Notes: generated by a model not told the origin, from the sequence alone. Positions 11,651 to 24,465 are shown, numbered from the stretch's first letter. The stretch is 64,000 bases of DNA from Histomonas meleagridis 2922-C6/04-290x (GCA_020184695.1 JAANOX010000273.1:186001-250000); one strand, 5' to 3'. A program made the numbers and translations.

Positions 11651-11968
11651 ATGGAATCTCTTTATACATGCTTTGCACAAAAATTTAAAGATTGTGATTT
11701 TAGTGCAATTAATATTAAACCTTCTTTTTCTATTGTAAAAAATAAAAATGTAATAACATTAATCGTAACTGTGTATAATAAATATCATAATTTATTAAGA
11801 AAACAAATTTATAAATTTATAGATGAAAAATATCATCCTACTATAAAGAATCCTTTACAAAATATAACACCTGAACAATTAGATCAAGCTTATCAAATAT
11901 CTAAAATGGAATTATTGAATCAAATATTTAATGATGATTTTAATAAATATAATGCTTATGTAAATTAA
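11651..11968 (+). CDS. Hypothetical 105-aa protein of the Polinton-like element
   Basis: Intact ORF divergent from the ATPase across 39 bp; a homologous decayed copy lies at 57216-57508. Confidence 0.65.
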   Translation: MESLYTCFAQKFKDCDFSAINIKPSFSIVKNKNVITLIVTVYNKYHNLLRKQIYKFIDEKYHPTIKNPLQNITPEQLDQAYQISKMELLNQIFNDDFNKYNAYVN

Positions 11969-12624
11969 TTGAAGGTTTTACAAAATTATGCTAACTCAGT
12001 AATGCCTCATAATCAAAACATACAGCCTCAAAATGATTCATAAATAAAATAAACTTAATGATATTAATATTTTTATCATTCGAAAAGTGACACATTTGAA
12101 TGGATAAATTGTCAATAATTTTTCGTAATTTTTATGGATAGAAGATCAGTGATAAAAAATTGAATTGATTTTGATCGTATTCCCCCACTTTTGATCAACG
12201 ATAAATTCAATTTTTTCGGTTATGTGCTAACTTAAGATTAAAATTAATTGTCGAGATCATGGGAAACGATCAGTAAACTATTAAAACAAAAAATGTTTGA
12301 CAGTACAGTCTTTATTCAGTTCATAAAGTCAGTGTGATCGAATCTATCAGAAAATAACATCATCGTAATTCAATTTTATTCTTATTTGTATCTCAGTTAT
12401 TATTTATTATATCTCAGGTTTCGTTTGTTTGTATCTCAATTAAAATCAATTTATCATTTGTCATTGTTTATTTAGATTACCTCCATAATCTCTTCTATTT
12501 GTTTTGGAGTCGGTTGGTATAAATATTGATTAAGCAAATGGAAGGCATTTAGGTCTTTGAACCTTACCCAACTTGTACTTTGGTCTATTGTCCATCTTAC
12601 TAAGAACCAGACTAATCATGTGAA

Positions 12625-12667
12625 TTTGGGCAAAATTTTTGGCCCGGGGCCAAAAATTTTGCCCAAA
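12625..12667. repeat. Perfect 21-bp-arm palindrome
   Basis: tttgggcaaaatttttggccc-g-gggccaaaaattttgcccaaa. Confidence 0.95.
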
Positions 12668-12922
12668 AAATAAAACCGTTTAAAAGTAGCCCAAAAGTTT
12701 ACGGTTAGTGTCAAAAATCGCTTGACGAACGATAGAACTTTGAAATTAAAAAAAAATCGGTTAATTCTGAAAAAGTCCTATCGTTATATTCAAAATTTTA
12801 TCGTTTGTATTAGGAATTGCATCATAATCGCTGGTAGATGGGATTTAACAAAAACTAACTCAGATGTTTAATAAAAAAAATTCTCACTTTTTTTGAAAGC
12901 ATCATTACAATAAAATATATTT

Positions 12923-14873
12923 TTATTTATTGTTTTGACCTCTCATCATTTTAAGTCTGGCATCTATTAATTGAATTGTTGATCTAAGTCTTCTTGGCGT
13001 CAATATTAACCTTTGAGCAGATATTATACATTCACAAGCAGATTCGCTGCATCCTGTACTTTGCAATCTTAAAGCCAAATCACTTAATAACTCCATATTT
13101 TTAACTGATCTAAAATTGAGCCAATTAAAACACCCTTTTAATGTATTAACTTCTTCAACCGAGCATGGTGTTGAAATAAAGTTATTCATGCTAGAATAAA
13201 ATAATTTACATTTTTCTCGATCATTAACAAATCTAGTAACCCACTTCTTTATAAAATCGAATATTGGACTCAAAATTCCCTTTCTATAATCTATTTCATA
13301 AGTGACACCAAGTACTTTATCATTTACAAGTACATTATTATTTTCTTGAAAATTCTCAATTTTAAATTCAGATTCTATTTCTTCTTCCTCTTCTTCTTCA
13401 TCATTAGTAATTTCTAAAACTTTGCTTTCCATTACTGTATTGATTGCCATTTCCCTTGATTCTTCAATAGGATCTTCAAATTCAGGAATTTTTTCAGTTG
13501 GTAAGATAAATGGTATATTAAATTTTTCAAATATATGTGTTTTTTTTTTTTTTAAAATTAGGATTCAGTAATCTATTATAATAATCACTATGACCATTTG
13601 TAGTTAAAATATAAGAAGTCAGTAATAAACCATGAACTTCTTCCGAACCAAATGTGTAATTATATAATTCTTGTGAAATAACTTTAGCATAAATATTTCT
13701 ATTTTTATTTAATTCATTAAATGCTTCAATTGCATCTTCAATTAAAGGATATGCAATGCTAATCATGTTTTTAGGATCTTCAAATTCTTTTATTAAAACT
13801 TTTAAAATTTTTAAACATTGATGAAGTTGATCAATTGACTCCGGAATTTCGTAATATTTTGAAATAATAGAATTGAATCTTATTATAATATATTCAACAA
13901 TATCGAAATCGTAAATCCAACGAGTATTTACATGTGTCGGACACATTAATCCAATTCCATCAATATCTAAATTAATTTCTTTAGAAAGTATATGTATTTT
14001 ATCAATAATTATTTTTAGTTGATTGTCTTTTCTGGTTGCACTAATTAATGAATTGTGCACCTTATGACAAAGGCAAGGAACTATAATAATTGATGTGATT
14101 CTTGACTCTCTTGAATGGTTAATAAATTTGTTCATTCCCTTTAACTGAGATTTGCTTTCATCGACAACCAAACTACTTATATTAATATTATATTTAAATA
14201 TATTACTTATTCCTTCACTAATCTTTTCAAAATAATCTATTGTTTTTAGACCTTTCATAATTGTTGTATAAGCAGGATAAGGTGTAACTTCATAGAAAGG
14301 GTTTTCGACACAAAAATCTAAAAATTTATTTTTTTGTGTTGTTCCTTCATCTAAACTTATCGAGACATAAGGAAAATTAGAAAAATTATTCATAATTGTT
14401 CTATGATCTTCATTACATTTGTTTATTAAAATAGTTCTGATCATATCTCTTGAAGGATTCTTATAAATATTGATTGAATCTTTTTTTTAATTTATTGGCA
14501 ATTTGAATGCCGTAACTAATTGATGTATTGATTAATTCTGATAATTCTTGTGAACAACAAAAATCCAAAGGTAGATTTTTTTTTCCAATAGAATAGGCAA
14601 TTTTATCATAAATATTTTCGATTTTTATTTCTGATGAAGAACTTGGTTTGAGAAAATTATATCAAGAGTAGCACTTGTTCGTAGCTTTGTATATTGACAT
14701 TTATGAATAATTGCTTTTTTTAGTTGATTGGAAAAATGATCAAGTCTTTTTTTATAGTAACATTGTAAACCATTTGCATCTGTATTCGTACAGTAACAAT
14801 ATTGATGATGGTTTTCATATATGATTTCATATGAGTGATGAGGATTTTCTGGAAATCTTTTTTTATTGAACAT
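12923..14873 (-). pseudogene. hAT-superfamily transposase, fragmented
   Basis: N-terminal Cys/His cluster, VSISLDEGT, VVDESKS, PCLCHKVHN, TRWIY and C-terminal dimerization-like LALRLQSTGCSESACECIISAQR. Confidence 0.75.
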
Positions 14874-15261
14874 TGGAAATTAATTTTATATAGAAATTTG
14901 TATTTAAATCATTCAATAATTAATACACTGTTGCAGAAGAAAAAGCGCCTGACTTCACTTTCTCCACTTTTTGAATGAACTCATTAAATTGTTTGTATGA
15001 GATGATTCAAAAAGTGGATTTTACAACGAGTAAAAGAAAATTTCATATGAGATTTATCAAAAAGTGAACTTTGTACTGAATTTTTTTAATTTCCCTTCAC
15101 TTTTTGATGGAACTCATAGAATTGTTTGTATATGAGAATTTAAAAGTTTATTCCGTCACTTTCTTGTTGTTTATATGAGGGGGTGCCCCATTGTATCGTT
15201 TCCACTTTTTCAATGGTTCATTTTTCAATGAAGAAGAACTCAAGTAACGACGATCCGAGAA

Positions 15262-16145
15262 ATGGCATCGATATCCAAGCATTCCGTCAATCAATTAATG
15301 ACAATGGAGTCGAAGATACACGGAAAAATATTCCATATCGGTCGGGAGAAGATCCATGCTATTTGCAATCTCGTGGGGATAGCAATTCCTAGCCGAGGGA
15401 GACCGTCAAAGGAAATCAAAGAAGAGGAAGTTAATTTTTTTTGCCTCGACTACAAAGACAAATACCATGTTGGCTACCAACGAACTGCTGAGTCTGCTAA
15501 GCGACATAACATTGCAACTACTGAGTGGTCAGTTAGGAAGATATTTACTGAACAGAAACTGCTTTGTTACAAGAAACCTGAAAAGCTCCCCAAAGAACAT
15601 CTCCGTCTTTTCGTTGCAAAATATGCTAATCAGTTATGGCATGCAGATATTCACTATGTTACCATTGAAGGAAAACAATTTTATCTCCTTGAATTCATTG
15701 ATGATCGTTCTCGCTTCCTGATCTATTATGAAGTCCTATCAAGTAAGACTTCTGAAGCTTGTGCCACGGCGCTTATTAAAGCTCTAGGTTCTGTTGTACA
15801 TCGACCTAAAATGCTGACTATTGATAATGGGGGAGAATTTACCGGCAATCCATTTCAATTTATACTCCAGCTTTATGGTATTGAAGATTACCGTACTCAC
15901 CCCTATACTCCAGAGGAGAATGGGAAAATAGAACGTTTTTTTGGTTGACGATTGAACGTGCCAAAGGACCAAATGTTGCATGGAGCATTCCTAAGATTAA
16001 TAGCATAATTCATGAATATAATTATTTTTTTGGACGCATCGAAGTTTGAGAAAACTCACTCACCAATCCTTAACACCCTATGAAGCATGGCGCACAATGG
16101 ATAGGTATACAGGTCAAACTGATGCTTGCATTGAAATGATTAAAT
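15262..16145 (+). pseudogene. IS481-like integrase-fold transposase (frameshifts in 3' poly-T runs)
   Basis: VGYQR, NQLWHADIHY, FIDDRSRF, LTIDNGGEF and YTPEENGKIERF; an alternative frame continues ...IHEYNYFWTHRSL. Confidence 0.88.
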
Positions 16146-16320
16146 AATTCCATCTCATTTGATTTTTATTATTTTTTATGTTTACTTATATTATATAAGC
16201 CTAGTACTGATATGAACAACGATTGCTTAATTTTCATGTGCTTAATCGAACTGGATGCATCCAGCTAGCTTGTGCTACTATATATTAATATATTGGTATT
16301 TTTTCTTCTATTATCAATAT

Positions 16321-16369
16321 ATGCCGATACCACTTTTTGAATAAAACATTCAAAAAGTGGTATCGGCAT
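16321..16369. repeat. Hairpin, 22-bp perfect arms, 5-nt loop
   Basis: atgccgataccactttttgaat-aaaac-attcaaaaagtggtatcggcat. Confidence 0.95.
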
Positions 16370-16485
16370 GTTTTGTAAACCATTCAATTTTTAAATTTCA
16401 ATGCACACATATAATATATTCGCTTAGTATCATTAAAAAGTTGCGACTACAAGCAGGATTAATAGTCGTTCACAGGCACGGACGG

Positions 16486-16527
16486 GCCGATACCACTTTT
16501 TGAGTGCCCTCAAAAAGTGGTATCGGC
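16486..16527. repeat. Sibling hairpin, 19-bp perfect arms, 4-nt loop
   Basis: gccgataccactttttgag-tgcc-ctcaaaaagtggtatcggc. Confidence 0.95.
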
Positions 16528-17974
16528 GATCATTTCGGGGCCCCCTGTCGTAAATGCAATACAAAAAGTTCGTATGATATTTTTTTCTATTAATAAATAG
16601 AATTTATTTCATGAGATCATTCAGAAAGTGGAGAAAGTGAAGTCAGGCGCTTTTTCTCTTACCACACAATAATTAATACACGATATAATAAATTTGAAAA
16701 TTAAATAGTTCGGTTAACCGGAACAAAGAATTTTGGTATTAGAATCAGATATTGATCAGGTGAAAAATAAAGTTTAAGTCAAAAGTAGAACTGGAATATA
16801 AAATCAATCCCAGAAGTTATGGTAGTAATCATTTCAAAATTTATAACATTTATTTCTGATATTCGTTATACAAATTCAGAGAATTCGTTCATTTATCCAA
16901 CGGACATTTTGTTGCAATTATGATAATATGATTTTTAATGAAGTAAGTAGCAGAGCAGTTCAAAATCCCCTCACAATCTAATGGCCGGAAATTTTCTCAT
17001 TTCATGGGTCTCAAACACTATTGCTACGTAACAAAGTTGATGTTCATGAAAAAGAGTTGACCTTTACCACAAAACAGCATTGAACTACTCGTTTCTTCAT
17101 GAGATACTCAATAAACAAAAACAATTCCCATTATTTTAACTTAACTCTGCAGCAATATATCAAAAATTGGAACAAAGTCTCGATTAATAAACCATTTAAC
17201 ACAAAGTTTCAACTAACATGCCATCAACGCTTCCAGCCTCCGAGGAAACAATTTCAGCAGAAAATTAAAAAATATTTTATCTCAGGTCAGGTCAATTTTC
17301 TCCACTTCTGTCACCTACCGAACACACAAAAGCCACAGCTATGAACATTTTTCACTGGAGCCATAAGTACCGTTGGATGTTGACAATGATTTTGATATTA
17401 TGTTTGTAAATCAAAGTGAAAGGTTTGTCGGTTCTTTTCAAGACTAATTAGTTTATTCTCCATACTCTATGAGCAATGAGCTCAGTAATCATGATTAAAC
17501 ATTTGCTATTTACGGAATAAATTTTTTTTCATTTTTTTCATCATCGTCTGTAAAAAGAATAAGTGATGGAGATGCTGGCATGGAAATACTAGAGGTTAAT
17601 GCTGAAGTCCTTGGAAGCCAAAAATATGAAATCTACATGAAAAATTATAATCCCATGTATTGAACTTGCCAAAAATAAGTTAAAGAACAAGTCAGGAAAA
17701 GAGTGGACAGATTTCATATTAGATAAAATGAAAAGGAATCGGTTTAGATTTGATCGAAAAATGTATTTGCTAACATCACCAAGAAAGATTAAAAACAAAA
17801 AATGCCATGAAACATTTGTTCTTAGTTCCGTTGAGATTTGATTAAATAAAGTTTGATTTGATCGACAATTTATTTATGATTAAGGTGAGCTCTCTTCTAG
17901 ATTTTTTCTATAAGCTTAATAAAAATGATAATTTTTTCAATACCATTCAATTATCCCGTATCGTAAGGTGGGAT

Positions 17975-18163
17975 GGGCTTATCGTCTCCCAAGACGGTTT
18001 TCTGTCAAAATTGAATGCTATGACGAACAAAATGCATTCAGATCTTTGAAAAATGGGCTTATCGTTCCCCCAAACGGTTATTCAAAGAAATAAATGTACG
18101 ATATGAATTAACCGTTTTTTCCCTGGGCTTATCGTCTTTCAAAAACCGCCCTGGGCTTATCGT
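17975..18163 (+). repeat. Four copies of GGGCTTATCGT, probably transposon subterminal repeats
   Basis: Copies at 17975, 18055, 18125 and 18153. Confidence 0.75.
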
Positions 18164-19856
18164 TATCAAGTCGATCTCAGAAAAAGTATAATGAGGTGGG
18201 AAACAGAGAAAACAAGTAAAAAATGGGGAAAATGTTTCGGTTTAGAGGGGAAAAATCAAATTTAATAAAGTATTGAAAGCATGAAATTTATTTAATGAAG
18301 TATTGTAAAAATGGGGTTCCCATTGGGATGGGCTTGGGGTCGAACTATCCCTGTAAAATTGGGAAAAATCCACAGAATTAATACAAACTTTCATTAATAC
18401 CATTAAGTCGAGGAAGAAAATTTATAAATTGTGATGCAGGATTAATATCTATAAGTAGAAGTAATCAAATAATTTTAAGTAAATCAATTCCTATTTCATT
18501 TTGTTCTTATTTAGATGTAACTTTCTATTTTTCTAATGTTCGCGTGAAATGAAAATAACACAATTGTAAATAATAATTATTTTGCATTAAATTGTTAATA
18601 ATTGCATTAATTAATGCTTGTTCAAAATCACATATAAATTTCACATCTTCCATAAAATTATAATTAAATCTTTGTAAACGATTTGAATAATAAGTAATTG
18701 CTAAATTATACGTACTTTCTTTTTTATAAAAAAGTTGAAAAATTCCTCTATTAAATTTTTTAGTTTTATATTATGAAATAGTTTTCACATCTTGGGGATG
18801 CATCCCGAAGCCACTTTTTGAATGATTTTTGATCGTGCATTATTATCTAAAATAATAAATAAATTTAGTCTATTAATTAGAAAAAGAATACCATAAATTC
18901 ATGATTTTGTAGTATAAATTAATATCGTACACATTAATATATCTTAATTTTTATAAATTTTACGATAGAACTTTTTGAATAACACGATATGTAAACTAAC
19001 CGCTATCCATGACATTTCATATGAAATAATGACCATAAAATAAGTCAAAAACAAATTGAGAGCTATTGTTGTCTGTCAGTTCACTGTTGTAACATGGTCG
19101 TATAAAACTGACAATTCAAACCAAAATGTTATTTTACGACCATTCAATTCGCTCATTACAACCCAGCTCGTTCATAAACAGGGCTCGATCCGAGCAGATC
19201 AGTTAATGTGATTTATTTATAATGTGATGAAGAATGTTTTTATTTAACTAATATTTTTAAATGCGATATTTGAAAGGATCTTTTCATTTTATACTTATCA
19301 ATAATTGATATTTTAGAAAGGGAATATTACATATCGTTTGTTTTGTTTTTATTCAGTAATCACACTTATTTTAATATCATTATTAAACCGAAAGCTTAAT
19401 GAAATAATATTAATAAATTCATATAAAATTAATTAATAACGAAATATATGTGATGTACTTTTGATTTATATAATTCGCATTTTTATTTAAATTATCTCGT
19501 CTGAGGTCATGGAAATCGCTGGTGCCCTTATGGAAACGATTAATAACATTTTGATAATAAAAAAATGAAGAGTTATATGAAAAAATTCCAACAATAGACA
19601 AAGTTCCATTCGAAGCTTTTCAGTTGTTACCCATTAATGTGATAATTCATTCAATTAAACAAAATTATTCTAATTAACAATTATTTATTGAACAAGGATG
19701 TGAGTTTGTTCCGATTTACCGAAGTGGTATAGAGTTTTTTAACATGGATGTATTGTCAACTATTCATATGGATAATATTTCATCTTTTATCGAATATTTG
19801 TCTACAGAAGCATTAAAAACGGATTTAAACTTAATAGAAAAAATGGAAAAAATTCA

Positions 19857-20800
19857 TTGAGTTATATTCGATTATATTGTGAAAAATATGGAAAGATTTA
19901 TAATGTAAAATCTACAAATAAAACAGGATGCAAATTTCAAATTATTATTACAGAAAAAGGATCAAATGATATCTATATTTTAAGTAAATATATACTTTTT
20001 CACAACCATAGTGAATATGAACCAAATAGATATGCATCGTTATTAAAAAACGATAGTACAGTTCCAGTTATCAAAAGATTGGGAAATTTAATGTCTCCTT
20101 ATCAAATTCAAAAAATTATACCGTTAATTGTTCCAACTTTTTCTTTTACAAAAAAAATTAGAACATTTTACTCCAGATTCAATTGAATTACAAAATTTTA
20201 TTAATGAAAATGGTGGAAGTACATTCAAATTTGATGTTGGAGAAGAATAAAAAATTAAAATAATTGCGATTCTTTCATTAATGTCATATGAGTCGGGAAA
20301 TTTAAACGTATATTCTGATGTAATTCAAATCGATGGAACACAAATACCGAGTCATTCTTTAAAATGGGAAATGACTCCCATTTCAATGTTAAACCAATAT
20401 TTACATATTAAATCAGGTGGAATACTTTTTTCTGCCATAATGGATCAAACGATCATTAAATGGTTATTTACCATGGTACAAACACTTCCTGAGTTACATA
20501 CAAAAGTTATAATTACAGATGAAGACAGTGCATTTATTCCTGTTTTTTCACAATTGAGAGAAAAACATATTCTATGCGCAAAACACAAAGAAAAAAACTT
20601 CATCAAACAAATAAATAAAATTGGATTAAATAAGAAACAAAAAATTATGGCAGCTGATATATTCCATCGAATATGTTATTGTGATTATCCAGACAACATT
20701 GATACTTTAAGTGAAAAGTTAAAAAATATTGACAAAAATCTGAATGAATATATAGATGATAATGATGGCCTGGTACCTAGATTATACACATTATTATGTA
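19857..20800 (+). pseudogene. MULE (Mutator) transposase relic, 3'-truncated
   Basis: KTGCKFQI...HNH (FAR1/WRKY-like), VIQIDGT, VIITDEDSAF, HILCAKHKEKN. Confidence 0.8.
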
Positions 20801-21240
20801 TTTATTTCAATCACACCCTATTCTCCTAATGATAATTATACTTTTATTCGTGTTAATTTTATTTCTCGATCTGAAATATCTCAAAGTGGTACTTTTTATT
20901 ATTATTTATATGATTTTGGTACAACTAAACCAGACGATGCTGATTGTACTGTATCATTTGTTACTTCAAATAATTCTGTTATATTTATTATTCAAGATAC
21001 TAATTTTGCAGTTTCTGCACCTAGTAATTTTTATGTTGCGTGTTCTAATTATACATATATAGTCACATTGTGAAATGTATACCATTCAATTAATTTTTTT
21101 ATTTTTTGATTTTTTTATTTTTTGAATAATGAGTCGATTTTTTTTTTTCTATCGATTTTTCTGGTGAACCTATTTTTTTCTTTTCAACTTATCAAATTAT
21201 GAAAAAAACAAAGTTTGTTCACTCAATAGGCTATTAATTT

Positions 21241-23855
21241 TAGTTTAATCAGATGTACCCCTGGGACTGTCCCCGGGGACATGTCTTCAGGTGTTCAATT
21301 TTTTAACACACACTGTGAAAATTCATGATGTTTTTAATTGCATTTTTTTATGATCTTCGAAAAAAATAGTAAAAATTGGATATAACGGTAATACAAAATA
21401 CTCAATATATACGATTAAACCGAATTCAAAATTAACAAATTGATCCCCTACCCGTGCTATTTTTAAAAAATTTTCAAACTTTTATTTTAACTCAAAAATT
21501 AAGATTAAGATATCACAATATATACAGTATAGAAAATTAAATCATGGACCTCACTTTAAAGGGTTTAAAAGATTGCTTAATTAAGTTAACATAATAGAAT
21601 CTCTTATAAGTATCTTCTTAAATTAAATCAGCACTTTTAAATATTCCTATCAAAAAATTAATCATAAGAAAACTTACACAAACGAATGTAAAAATATGAG
21701 TTTCTCTTCATATTTTAGTAAAATACATCATGAAAATTATATATGTGTTGATAAATCATTAAAAAAATTACAAGATTTTGTGTTATTTTTTGATATTTTT
21801 CGATCAAAACTTGTGGATTACAGAAAAAACTTATTAGTTTCATGTTTTTATATTATTCGTAAATTTTTAGATAATCTTTTCATTTTAGATCTCTCCTTCT
21901 TCCTTCCTATTTTTTCTTTAACTTCTCCATATTGTGTTTTTTGTTTATTGTTCTTTCTGGATATTCTGGATAATGTTCGTCTTCAGGCATTTCGAGTGTT
22001 CCTAAGTGTTCTATATATTCAGAATTTTCTTCATTTTCATGTGATGCTATTTCTATTTCACTTAAATTTTCTATGAATCTTGAATTTATTAAATGAATAG
22101 GAAATGCATTACCTGTTATTTTGAATAAAGCTATTAAATGACAACAAGGTAATCCAGCATATGTAGGATAATGGCATTCACAATCGAGAAAATTTAAATT
22201 AAATTCATTATTATTGTTATCAATAGCAATATAGTGATCATTATTAATGCGTTTGATATTAATTTGTAATGAATTCTGAATTTCAGCATTTATAATTGAA
22301 CATAATTTTTTAGATATATCGAGTTTATAAACATCTATTAATGGATGATGAAAAGTAAAAGCGTTTTTTCGAATATTTTCTTCAAGATTTTTTTTTTGAT
22401 AAAATTTGATAGATATGTGATCACGGATTTCATAGAGATGCTTTAGAGAATTTGTCAAATCTCTTTTAATCATACTATTATATGATTCACCAAGTTGTGA
22501 AGAAGTATGATTAAAATGAAATACATTCGGTCTTAATGAAACCAAAAGTTTTGATCTAATTGGATATATATTGGTGTCAAAATAGTGAATAATTTCAGGG
22601 AATTCCTTGTAAATATTATTTAAAACTACATTTGACTGAGCAGAAGAACGTGAATAAAAAAAATTATTAAGTAACATTAAAAATCGTTCTCTATTTGGAT
22701 GATTTTTCGATATCAAATTCTGGACTGTGGCAATTTTGTGTTTCAAGCATAAAAGATGACATAAATTCGGATATTCATCCATTGCTGAACAAATATCAGG
22801 ATCTTCATCACTTATTATGCATTTTAAGTTGGGTGCGATTGATAATATAATAGAAATCAACCAAAAATAAAATCCAAATTTACCGATGGAAAAAAAGCAA
22901 CTCCCCCTGAAATTAATTCCATATTATTTCCCTGGAGTGAAATTGGTATTATTGTCCAATCACAAAAAATTGGGAATTGATGTGCCATCGATGACTAAAA
23001 TATCACAATATTTGATTAAATTCTCTCTCTTTTCGTGTGTAACAGTATAAATACCTGCAATTAATCCATTTTTATCTTCAAATATATAACAATCACCTTT
23101 TTCATACATGTATTGAGAAATCTGTTTCTGACTCATTTGTTTTTTCACTTACAGATGAGAATTTTTTTATTTCTTCTCTTGTGATTGAAATTGAATATTT
23201 TTGCTCAATATAATAAATTATATGAAAATTTAAAATACCATTTTTCTTTATTGTTGCAATCTCTTCTTGCACTGAGTTGTCTAATTGTTTTGGATTTTGA
23301 ATCTCATGTAAATGTTTTAAATTAAAATTTTTTGATATAATATATATTCCTCTGTTATTTTTGTTGAAAGTTAAACGAAAATCACACCCTGTTTTTTTCG
23401 AATTTTGTACATTTTTATGAGATTGATGCATAGTACAATAAAATCGTAATTCATCCGAATGTTTTGAATCTTTTAAATAGATATCAAATCCATTCCTATT
23501 TGCTAGTTCTTTAAGATAACAATTGAGATCTGACCCATTAGAAAAAGATGATTCGCTAAGTTGATCAAAGTTCATTCTTCAAAGAAAGTCCGACCAGGGA
23601 GCCGTTAATTATTAATTCCAAATATAAATATGAATTCAAAAAATAATTTAATGAAAAATATTGGAAAATTAATATCTTAATTCATATTTGAATCTTATAT
23701 TTTATTTAAAATAGATGTTTTTATAATATAGTATGAGTAAAATCATAAAAAAATGCAATTAAAAACATCATGAATTTTCACAGTGTGTGTTAAAAAATTG
23801 AACACCTGGGGACATGTCCCCGGGGACAGTCCTTGGGGTACATCTGATTAAACCC
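21241..23855 (-). mobile_element. MULE transposon with ~115-bp TIRs
   Basis: gtttaatcagatgtacccc...gtccccggggacatgtc...gtgttcaattttttaacacacactgtgaaaattcatgatgtttttaattgc at 21243 is mirrored at 23735-23853. No clear TSD. Confidence 0.88.
21907..23575 (-). pseudogene. MULE transposase, frameshifted
   Basis: FYC...KKTGCDF...HLH, ILVIDGT, IISDEDPDI, HLLCLKHK and SWIM finger DCECHYPTYAGLPCCHL. Confidence 0.88.
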
Positions 23856-24465
23856 AACAAATATTATGTTCTCCTGTTTCGATAATGTGAACATGACAAT
23901 GACCATTAAATCGAAGTAAAAAGAAAGGTGAATAATCCACTATATAACGAGTTGTTATATCTTTTGGTAATGATTAAACCCTATTAATTTTCTATTTTTC
24001 TTTTTCTTTAAACCAAGGTACCCCAAAAAGAGCCCTAATGGCGAATGAATGCATTTATCACAACACTGCCGAAGCCCGACCCCGCGGAGCACTTTTTTTA
24101 TAAAAAATCGTGGACAGGTGATCAGTAATAAGTGCACTAGGAAGGGGGGGTCAGGTTTAATTTTATTTTAAATTCCGACCGTTATTTGAGGTCGTTGAAA
24201 AAAAAAAATTTTTTTCTCGGTCCCATCTTGCACAGGACGTTAATGGTATTTTCGGCCGAGTTATATTATCGAGAAAAAAAATATTTTTTGGAACAGCAAA
24301 ATTGGTCTATCGTTCGGAATTGAATACTTTATTTCCACTTTTGAATTCATTTTGATCGGTAACCGTACTTTTTTCTTAAACACTAACAGAGTTAATCAAA
24401 TCGCCATTCAATTTTGAGGTATTTTAAAAATAATTAGAGAATAAAAATCGTCAAAATTGAATTCT

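Larger units (their letters stand above)
4261..12060. mobile_element. Decayed Polinton-like virus / Maverick-related endogenous element (boundaries approximate)
   Basis: Very AT-rich, tightly packed cluster: minor-capsid-like gene, fibre-like gene, rve integrase, A32/FtsK-type packaging ATPase and several hypothetical ORFs. No pPolB, major capsid, TIR or TSD recognised. Confidence 0.75.
14929..16666 (+). mobile_element. IS481EU-type DDE transposon, 1738 bp, TGT..ACA termini, ~50-bp TIR, 15-bp TSD
   Basis: Left end tgttgcagaagaaaaagcgcctgacttcactttctccactttttgaatga; right end tcattcagaaagtggagaaagtgaagtcaggcgctttttctcttaccaca. The exact sequence caataattaatacac lies at 14914-14928 and 16667-16681. 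Confidence 0.9.

Noticed and set aside
16321-16527. Twin hairpins, and the 17975-18163 motif cluster, as CRISPR-like arrays
   Set aside because: Too few units, irregular spacing, no cas genes, eukaryotic context, and they lie within or near transposons
21696-22076. 126-aa plus-strand ORF
   Set aside because: Phe/Leu-rich antisense shadow of the MULE 3' region
24135-24155. cactaggaagggggggtcagg as a CACTA/EnSpm terminus
   Set aside because: No inverted partner, 3-bp TSD or CACTA transposase found
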